A DNA stretch of 64,000 nt from assembly GCA_963749155.1 (NCBI GenBank), contig CAVVLO010000003.1:32001-96000 (forward strand), in the 5' to 3' direction. This DNA comes from an uncultured Armatimonadia bacterium. Its GTDB lineage: Bacteria > Armatimonadota > Zipacnadia > CAVVLO01. The stretch's first letter is position 1; every line of letters begins with the position of its first letter. Under the pieces are notes generated by a model. The model was not told the DNA's origin and did no database searches. It worked only from the letters and a program-made list of their open reading frames with translations. This document shows positions 10,050 to 18,031 of the stretch, piece by piece. The position numbers and the translations under genes were made by a program.

Positions 10050-10451
10050 GCAGGAGTGGGTCGCGGGTCCGCGCTCGGCAAGTTGCCGGGTGAGGAAAGT
10101 CCGGACTCCACAGGGCAGGGCGCTGGATAACATCCAGGCGGCGCAAGCCGACGGAAAGTGCAACAGAAAGCAGACCGCCTAAGCCCCTTCGGGGGCCGGT
10201 AAGGGTGAAACGGTGGGGTAAGAGCCCACCAGTTGCTGTGGCGACACGGCAAGCTGGGTAAACCCCGCTCGGAGCAAGGCCAAATAGGAAGGGGCGCCTG
10301 GCAGGTCCAGGCTAGGGTCTGCCCGACCCGACGCCTTCGGGTTGGCCGCAAGAGGCGCTTCGCAAGAAGCGTCCCAGATAAATGGACTCGGCCCGGACCC
10401 CTTGATTGGGGCTCCGCGAGCACAGAATCCGGCTTACAGACCCACTCCTGC
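10050..10451 (+). ncRNA. rnpB: RNase P RNA, bacterial type A
   Basis: Conserved GAGGAAAGTCCGG, GGAAAGTGCAACAGAAA, GGGTGAAACGGTGGGGTAAGAGCCCACC, GGTAAACCCC and AGAATCCGGCTTAC; terminal P1 pairing GCAGGAGTGGGT/ACCCACTCCTGC. Confidence 0.97.
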
Positions 10452-10702
10452 TCTATCTGACAGCTTAACCGACCAGCGATCACCTCGAACTAGCGGGGGT
10501 GCGGGGGCACTGCCCCCGCGCTGTTCTGTAGCCTTTCCCTGATGTTTCAGTTTCCTGACCCCAGGTCAGGTCGTTCCTGATACCTGGACATGCCGGTCCT
10601 GTTGCGTGAGGGGGTCTAGGCCACTCCTGTCCTATAACCAGGCCTCTGCTCCTTGCCCTCCGGATATTTCCGAAGAGTAAATCTTTCGCAAACCTTTGCC
10701 CT

Positions 10703-10784
10703 AACTGGCACGCCAGGTCGCACTTTGGCACGTTTCTTGTGTCGCTATAAGCCCCGGGTGGGAGGGGGTTTGGGATGGGGTTTT
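10703..10784 (+). repeat. Copy A of the sigma54-like box / G-tract intergenic element
   Basis: AACTGGCACGCCAGGTCGCACTTTGGCACGTTTCTTGT...AAGCCCCGGGTGGGAGGGGGTTTGGGATGGGGTTTT; 76 of 82 positions match copy B by manual alignment. Confidence 0.9.
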
Positions 10785-11000
10785 GAGAGCCTTTGTTACG
10801 CTTTCTGCAACTGTTCGGAAACAGGACGGTTGCAGGATTTTGATCTCGCTCAGCCAGGCACGAGAGGGCGCTAGCGCTCCAGGACGCTCCGAACTGGCTC
10901 CAATTGCTGCCGGAATCCCCTCATGCATACCCTTCGCGCCTTCCCCCAGCCTCCACTCGCTGTTATGATAGAAGCCTCACACAGCAGGGAGTGAAAGACT

Positions 11001-13460
11001 TTGAAGAACTCTCACGCGGCCTCGCGGTGCGCTCTTGGAGCAATGATTGCAATGCTCTGCCTCGGTTTTTATGGAGCTTCTTTCCCCCAGCCTCTAATGC
11101 CCAGCCTGATTGTCTCGGGCGAGGAGACCCTGGTCGCCTCTGCCATCGCCACCGAACCTCCTTTCAACGCTGATGGCACTGGGAAATTGGACGCCACCGA
11201 GGCTATCCAAGCAGCTCTGAACGCCGTCGGAAGCGCTGGAGGCGGGGTTGTCTACCTTCCTCCGGGGCGTTATCTGCTTGGGGGGACACTGAAACTGCCG
11301 TATGCGACTACCCTCGCCGGCGCTGCAGAACCCCTGGCCAGGAATGATATCGCCTCAGGTACCCTCCTGCTCGTTACAAGCGCAGGCGGTGATGAGCAAG
11401 CTCCTCCCCTGCTCGACCTGATGGCGGTCGAATGCGGCCTGATGCACCTGGCCATCTACTACCCTCTGCAGCGGCCTGATGCGCCTGTGCCCTATCCTTT
11501 CACCATCAGCGGTCAGATGATGAGAGTGCGCGATATTATCCTCTGCAACAGCTACAACGGCGTGGAAGTGAAAGCCGTCAACTGCAGTGTCATCGCCCGA
11601 GTACGCGGCACTGCTCTCCGAAGGGGGCTTGTCGCCCCACACAGCGGAGAATTCTCCTGGATGCATGAGGTGCAGTTCTCGCCTGATTTCTGGGCCGATA
11701 CCGCGGACCAACTTGGCGATCCGAACTGGCGCGCCGGAGATGCGGAACTGATCTCCGACTATTGTAAGGCTAATCTGGTTGGGTTTGAGTTTGGCCGGAT
11801 TGATGGGATCGCCCTCTACAGGTGCGGGGCAGAAACGTCCAAAACTGGCTTCCTCGTCCAGAAACGCCCCGAGGAGAACCCCCACCCCGTATTTGGCCTG
11901 GGTGGCGCAGTTGCCGGGCTGATTGGGAGTCGCGAAGAAGTCGGCTGGGATCCCTGGTACTATGGCCTGCATTACGCTGACCTCGACCTGGTGCCTGAGG
12001 CGAAGGACAGAAGCTACGAGTTCGCCGCCACCCCCAAAGCCGCGCGCACGAGCGATGAGGCTTTCTTCCTCGTCACCAAGCCCCCCTATGGAGCGGTTGG
12101 GAATGGCCAGGTAGATGACACCGAAGCTCTCGAGAAGGCCCTTGCAGAGGCCGGTGATGCGGGCGGTGGGATCGTCTATCTCCCCCAGGGCGAATACAAG
12201 ATAACGCGCCCTCTGACCGTGCCCGAGGGTGTCGAATTGCGCGGCCCACTCGGTGTGAACAAGGCCCGCGAGTACCGTCAGACTTGCGCGCTGGCCTGTT
12301 ATGTGGACGCTGGGGCTGCTGAGGCCGAGACTGCCCCTGCCTTCATCACTCTCGAGGCCCACTCAGGCTTGCGCGGCCTCAGTGTCATCTACCCCGAGCA
12401 GTCATACGAGCCCGAGGCCTTTAAGGCTTACCCCTACACGGTCCGGGGCGCTGGTGAAGGGGTCTGGGTGGTCGATGTGCTGCTGGTTAACTCCTGGCTT
12501 GGGATCGACTTTTCCACGTACAGGTGTGACAGCCATCTGGTGCGTGATGTCTGGGCCACCGCGCTGCGCAAGGGGCTGGCAGTTGGAGGCGGCTCGCGCG
12601 ATGGGCAACTGGAGCGTGTTACCTTCTCTTATGGTCCCTGGGCCGAGGCGGGGCGCTTTGCGGCCAACAAGACCGAAAGCACCACGAGTGCTCTTTCTGC
12701 CTGGTCAGCCGCTGAAACCCTCTTCTACGAGTTTGGAGACTGTCAAAACGAGACGACCTGGGGCCTGGCAGGCTTCCTGCCCAAGGTGCAGTACCATTTC
12801 GTCGACCAGGGCGCCGGAGGTTGCCGCGATGCGGAGTTTTGGCTTTCTCTCCACGATGTCGCCCAGCGCACCAGTGTGCAACTCGACAGCGGAAGTGATA
12901 TCGATTTTCTCGGTTACTTCGTGACTGGCTCTTACGACCGGCAGCGCAACTGGTTCGAACTTGGGAAGGACTTCGCCGGGCCTGTCTCCTTCTATGCCAT
13001 CGCGGTCCACCCCCCAGGGGTAAACCACCCCTTCCGCTGCGCGCCCGCGCAGGTGAGCTACTACCCCGAGGCTTCTCTCACGACCGGGAGACCAGTGACC
13101 GCCAGCGCAGGGGCGCCTGATAGCGCAGTGGATCGCTCTCTTTGGACCTTATGGGAGGCCCCTCTCGGCGCCACTCTCCAGGTGGACCTGGGCGAAGAGT
13201 TCCTCCTTAACCGGTGCGCAATTGCGACTGGTGGGTTTACTCAGTTGACCGAGCAGCAGCAGCTTGAAGCCGACTTGTTTGTAAGCCTCGATGGGCAGGA
13301 TTTCCGCCCGGTTGCCCACCTTGCGACTGGCGAATTTTTCTGGGTGGACCAGCCAGTGGAGCCTGTCCGCGCCCGCTATGTCGAGCTGCGCATCACTGGT
13401 TGCGCCGTGGACGGCCTGGCTCATATCGCGAGTTTCGATGTGTTTGGGAACCTTGACTGA
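11001..13460 (+). CDS. Secreted beta-helix protein (two Pectate_lyase_3-like repeats) with C-terminal F5/8 (discoidin) domain
   Basis: Two copies of the 'DGxxDxTxAxxxALxxxGxAGGGxVYLPxGxY' motif; C-terminal LQVDLG...RARYVELRI. Confidence 0.8.
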   Translation: MKNSHAASRCALGAMIAMLCLGFYGASFPQPLMPSLIVSGEETLVASAIATEPPFNADGTGKLDATEAIQAALNAVGSAGGGVVYLPPGRYLLGGTLKLPYATTLAGAAEPLARNDIASGTLLLVTSAGGDEQAPPLLDLMAVECGLMHLAIYYPLQRPDAPVPYPFTISGQMMRVRDIILCNSYNGVEVKAVNCSVIARVRGTALRRGLVAPHSGEFSWMHEVQFSPDFWADTADQLGDPNWRAGDAELISDYCKANLVGFEFGRIDGIALYRCGAETSKTGFLVQKRPEENPHPVFGLGGAVAGLIGSREEVGWDPWYYGLHYADLDLVPEAKDRSYEFAATPKAARTSDEAFFLVTKPPYGAVGNGQVDDTEALEKALAEAGDAGGGIVYLPQGEYKITRPLTVPEGVELRGPLGVNKAREYRQTCALACYVDAGAAEAETAPAFITLEAHSGLRGLSVIYPEQSYEPEAFKAYPYTVRGAGEGVWVVDVLLVNSWLGIDFSTYRCDSHLVRDVWATALRKGLAVGGGSRDGQLERVTFSYGPWAEAGRFAANKTESTTSALSAWSAAETLFYEFGDCQNETTWGLAGFLPKVQYHFVDQGAGGCRDAEFWLSLHDVAQRTSVQLDSGSDIDFLGYFVTGSYDRQRNWFELGKDFAGPVSFYAIAVHPPGVNHPFRCAPAQVSYYPEASLTTGRPVTASAGAPDSAVDRSLWTLWEAPLGATLQVDLGEEFLLNRCAIATGGFTQLTEQQQLEADLFVSLDGQDFRPVAHLATGEFFWVDQPVEPVRARYVELRITGCAVDGLAHIASFDVFGNLD

Positions 13461-13509
13461 GACTCCTCAGCCTGTTGCAGCACCGTAAAACTTATGGAAA
13501 TCTTTCTCC

Positions 13510-13591
13510 AACTGGCACGCCAGGCCGCACTTTGGCACGATTCTTGTGTTCATATAAGCCCCGGGTGGGAGGGGGTTTGGGACGGGGTTTT
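13510..13591 (+). repeat. Copy B of the sigma54-like box / G-tract intergenic element
   Basis: Direct repeat of 10703..10784 with 6 mismatches; followed by GCAGGA-N17-CGAA at 13618..13644. Confidence 0.9.
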
Positions 13592-13697
13592 CGAGCTTTT
13601 TTGCGAGAGAGTGTGACGCAGGAGAAAGACTTCAGCAACGCGAAAGTTACATAACAATCCAGCTAGGTCAGGTCTCTGTCTGGCTTGAGGAGGATTT

Positions 13698-15132
13698 ATG
13701 ATGAGAGCGCCACTTTTACTGGTTGTTTTGCTGCTTGCAGTCCTGCCTTTTACTTTCGTCCAAGGTGAGCCAATGAATCCAAATACCGACTGGTTCCACG
13801 ATGCCGGCTGGGGCGTCTTCGTGCATTATCTTTACGGGTTGCAGAACGGTCCTGAAAGCATAAATAGCCTCGGCATCGAAACCTCCTGGGATGAGTGCGT
13901 GGCTGCCTTCGATACTGAGCGCTTCGCAGAGCAAATGGCCGAGGTAGGCGCCCCTTATGTCATCTTCACAGTGATGCAGGTTTCGAAGTATATGATCGCG
14001 CCTAACACGACCTATGACGCCATCAGCGGATATAAGCCGGGCGAGGCTTGCGCTTCGCGCGACCTCATCTACGACCTGTCCGAGTCGCTCAGCAAGCGCG
14101 GCATCAAGCTGATGCTCTACTACACCGGCGACGGGCCACGAGGCGATGGGCAGGCCGGTGCCGCCTTTGGCTGGCAAGACCCCGTTACCTTCGATTTTGT
14201 TAAGCAGTGGAGCGACGTCGCCCGCGAATACAGCGAACGCTACGGCCAGCGTATCTCCGGCTGGTGGGTGGACGGTTGCTATCCCTGGATCGGCTACACT
14301 GATGAGAAGCTTGCCCTGTTCGCCGAGGCATTGAAAGCCGGTAATAGCAAGTCTATCGTCGCCTTCAACCGAGGCGTGGACCCTGTTGTGATGTCCTACA
14401 CGCCTGCCGACGATTACACTACCGGCGAACAAAACGGCTTCTTTGAGCTACCAGCAGGTCGCTGGCTCGATGGCGAACAGTGGCATATCCTTTCCTTCCT
14501 CGGACCGACCTGGGGCCAGCCCGGCTGCAAATACACCAAGCGAGAACTCGGCGAATATGTCTGGGAAGTAAACCAGCGTGACGGAGTCGCTTCTATCGAA
14601 GTGATGCTCTACCGAGATGGAGAACTGGACCGTTCGCAGTTTGAGCTGCTCAAGGCTGTCGGCCGCATTAAGGCCGAGTTGGACGCCAATCCACCCCAGC
14701 CCGTGCCACCTGGTAATCTGGCCTTTCGCAAGCCGGCCAGGCTGCTCAGCCTGGATGGTTCTCACGAACTGGTTGTAAACAGCGGCACGCAGTTCGCTCG
14801 GTTGGGTGTTGATGGCAATCCCGCCACCTACGCGCTGGCGGGTGGAGAATGGGCCTGGACCTATGAAACCGATCTTGTCGATCCGGCTGAGGTAAGCCGG
14901 ATCAAGATAAACTTCGCCGCTGGCTTCCCCACCGAGTTGGAGTTGCGTCTTTCGACCGATGGCGTCACCTGGCAGACGGTCGCGCAAGGCTCTGACCTCG
15001 ACGGTAGCCCCTTCGAGGCCACCTTCCCGCCGACACTGGCTCGCTATGTGCGCGTGTGTTCCCTCAAGCCCGATGGGCCCAGACCAGCCCGGCAGCCAGA
15101 TGTCCGTCTCCGAGTTGGAGGTTTATAAATAA
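13698..15132 (+). CDS. GH29-like (alpha-L-fucosidase-type) TIM-barrel hydrolase with F5/8 domain; frameshift near 15078
   Basis: WFHDAGWGVFVHY, RGIKLMLYY, RYG..ISGWWVDG motifs; the natural C-terminus DQPGSQMSVSELEVYK is in another frame, ending 15132. Confidence 0.75.
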
Positions 15133-15173
15133 CCTGCGAACCGGTCCAGTTCGATGACTGGAGGCCAATCAGT

Positions 15174-16867
15174 ATGAGCCGACTCTCCAATTGGGCGGGC
15201 GTTTTTGCGCTCGCGTTAAGTCTGTTTGCCAGCTCTGCTTTCGCGCAGCTCGAGGGCGTCCAGAGTTATGGCTTCGTCGGCGATGGCGTCTCTCACCCGC
15301 TCTCCAGCGTCACCAGTTTCCAGGGAGAGGACACCACCGGCTGGACACTCGACCAGTGGAAGGCAGTGCTGCCGAGTGCCCAGGAACTTGGCGATGAGCT
15401 AGACGGGCTGGCGATCCAAACTTTTATCGACTCCCAGCCGCATCCTGTTAACGGCGTCGAGGTAGTGCTTCCCCCCTGCGTGGCGTTGCTCTCGCACCCA
15501 ATCATATCAGGCGCCGGGCCAATCAAGATTCGCGGCGCAGGCCAGTATCTCACCAAACTGGTTCAGGTGAACGCTGGCCTTGATGCCTGGCATCACGCGA
15601 CTCCCGACACGGTCTTCTACCCGCCGACCTTCGAGCATGGAGGCTACTATGCGGGTTTCTCGGCCGAGGGGGTGGCCTTCCAGTGCCGGGGACTTGGCGG
15701 TGTTGCGTTGCGGGTGAACCTCAATCCCGCAAGTGGCTTCCTGCGCCTCTCGGACGTCTGGATCTCGGGTGCGGGCGACCAAGGGCGCCAACCACTGGAA
15801 GCAGGCTCTTATTGCAACCGGCTGCTCCAACACTTTCCTGTCGACGGTCAACATCACGGGCGAGAACAGCGCCACCAACCAGGCCGACCTTGCAGGCGCT
15901 GCCAATGCACTCGTTTTCACGCAGGACACCGAGAGCTTCCCTGGCGCAGGGCAGTATATCTTCTTTATCCGCGACACCAATGTAATGGGCTACAATTACG
16001 CGCTGGAGTTCGATACCTTGCAATATCCTGGCACCGAGGGCGCCTTCATCTCCGACTGCAACTTCAACCAGTGTATGGGCGTGCTGTACCAGAAAAATAC
16101 CTTCTACCCCGAGTATAGCTACCGCGCCCCGCAGTACTTTCTGCACAACTGCCAGAGCGAGACCTACGGCACGATTATGGAGTTCGAAGCCGCGAGCATC
16201 ATCAAGGTCACCAATTGCCTCTTCTTCATCGACAAGCCGACCGCTCCCGGCAACACGCCGCCTGCCGATTTCGACCTGTTCCACTTCCGCAATTGTTTCG
16301 ATATAAAGTTCGCTGGCAACACGATCACCAACTATGCCGGCGCTGTGCCGCGCTATATTTTCAACTTCGAGAGCAACGTCCACGAGGCCAGCGTCTCGGG
16401 ACGCAACCAGATGTCGGCCAATGCCGGCACCAAAGCCGCACTGAACCTTGGCGCCGACTGCACGGACCTCTCGGAGACCGACAACGACTACTACGTCTGG
16501 CCGGCCGACACGGATTTCGCGGTGGGGGCGCTCAAGACCGAGGGTAATAACTTTTCGGAGGCCCAGACAAGTCGCGCTGCGGGTAAATTCGGCTGGTTCG
16601 CACAAGTACTCGCCTACTGGAGTCACCCAGCTAACCGGCAGTACGGCGGGTACGACGGATGAAAACGGCGACCTGGAGATCGTTTTTCCCGCGGGGATTT
16701 TCGCCCTGACGCCCCTCGTGCTGGTCAGCAACGGCGACAGCCTAAATGGGCCAGAGGCGACCGTCTCGGTGGTCATCGCTTCAGTGACCAACCAGGGCTT
16801 CAAGGTGCATTTCAGCGGCCAGGCAGGCGTCCCTCGGCGCGTGAACTGGCAGGCGACGGGCCAGTAG
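15174..16867 (+). CDS. Secreted tailspike-like beta-helix protein, split into three frames (frameshifts near 15780 and 16575)
   Basis: Overlapping ORFs 15174..16118, 15733..16662 and 16448..16867 join into one coherent protein: signal peptide, YGFVGDGVSHPLS...DELDGLAIQTFID cap, Asn/Cys-ladder middle, C-terminal IVFP..F..TP.V.VS...VTNQGFKV...VNWQATG. Confidence 0.65.
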
Positions 16868-16873
16868 CTGTTA

Positions 16874-18031
16874 TCAGTCCAGCAGCGGCCTTAGCCACTC
16901 CGCAAGCGGGCGTTTTGGGCTGATATCGAGCTTCAGAGGCACCTTCCAGAGGTATCTCCCCTGCCCTCCAAGCCCCGTCAGGCCCGCTTTCCGGGCATGG
17001 AAAACAAGCCACGGCTTGCCTTTCAGCCAGATGAGATTGCCAATTCCGGGGCCATTCACGCTCTGCGCGCAATAATTCGGCCATTCTGGCACCTGCGTCT
17101 GCAGCAGATAGAGCACTTCTTTACCTGGCGAGGGGTTGCCCCAGAGGTTGTCCGGATCGTCGCGGTAGGCCTTCTCATAAGTCTTGCCCTCGGGCGGGAT
17201 TAGGCTGTCCGACCACGCGACGCCGATCTTGTAGTTGGCCTGGTCGAAGTCGCCGACATTGTAGAAGAGCGCGTAGTGCTCGCCGCAGCGCGCAATGTGG
17301 GTTGCCTCGACGATCTGCATCCCACCGGGCGGATTACGATCCTCCGAGCGCAGGCCCTCTGGGCTGAGAAGGGGTCTGGGGCGGAAGCTCCGGTCGATAC
17401 GGCCTGGCGCGAGCATCCGCTGCGCCAGGATGTGGACGTTGCCATCTGGCGCCTCAGGCGGATAACTGGAGTCATAGATGAGATACAGCGTCCCGTCCTC
17501 GTCTCGCACCAGCTCCGAGTCGTAGGCGTCTACCCCCGCGGCTCTGTCGCCGACCAGCACGCGGTCGAAGCGCCACTTCGTGATCGGCTTGTCAGCTGTC
17601 CATTCTCCTGCTTCCTGTGGGAGAAAGTGCGCGACCACCGTACGAAACCAACCATAGTGGATAGTGCCGTACCCATGCCAGGTGCCATCGGTGTGGTGGT
17701 AGGGACGGAAACTCCAGAATCCACTCGGCCCGAAGTGTCCCTCGCTGCCGAAGTCTACCTCCAGCGGTATCAGCCGCGTCGTTCCCGGCGTGAAGTCAGT
17801 CGTGACGGCCATCCGGAAACCAGTGCCAGTTATGTAGTAATTATTACTACCTGATAATCCTGCTGCAGGTAGGAATACATACGGATCTGGGAAAGCCCAG
17901 GCCTGGCCTCCTTCATCAATACGCTCATCCAGCACTGGCGAGATGCCCGCTGGACGCGCATAAGCCGAATTGCAGCCAATCAGCAGGACAGACAACAGGA
18001 AACACGCAGCAAGCTCTGAAAACGACGTCAC
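16874..18031 (-). CDS. GH43-like five-bladed beta-propeller hydrolase
   Basis: FPDPYV, YDSELVRDEDGTLYL, IVEAT and GPGIG...WLVFHA motifs; GTG start overlaps the upstream stop (GTGA). Confidence 0.7.
   Translation of the reverse strand: MTSFSELAACFLLSVLLIGCNSAYARPAGISPVLDERIDEGGQAWAFPDPYVFLPAAGLSGSNNYYITGTGFRMAVTTDFTPGTTRLIPLEVDFGSEGHFGPSGFWSFRPYHHTDGTWHGYGTIHYGWFRTVVAHFLPQEAGEWTADKPITKWRFDRVLVGDRAAGVDAYDSELVRDEDGTLYLIYDSSYPPEAPDGNVHILAQRMLAPGRIDRSFRPRPLLSPEGLRSEDRNPPGGMQIVEATHIARCGEHYALFYNVGDFDQANYKIGVAWSDSLIPPEGKTYEKAYRDDPDNLWGNPSPGKEVLYLLQTQVPEWPNYCAQSVNGPGIGNLIWLKGKPWLVFHARKAGLTGLGGQGRYLWKVPLKLDISPKRPLAEWLRPLLD

Noticed and set aside
9755..10542. ORFs overlapping 10050-10451
   Set aside because: They are translations of the RNase P RNA gene.
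10703..10784. IS or MITE terminal inverted repeats or integron attC site
   Set aside because: No transposase or integrase, no terminal inverted repeats or target duplications, and no attC-like GTTRRRY palindromic structure seen.
15174..16867. Prophage
   Set aside because: Only one tail-like gene, which has a signal peptide; no integrase, terminase or capsid genes nearby.
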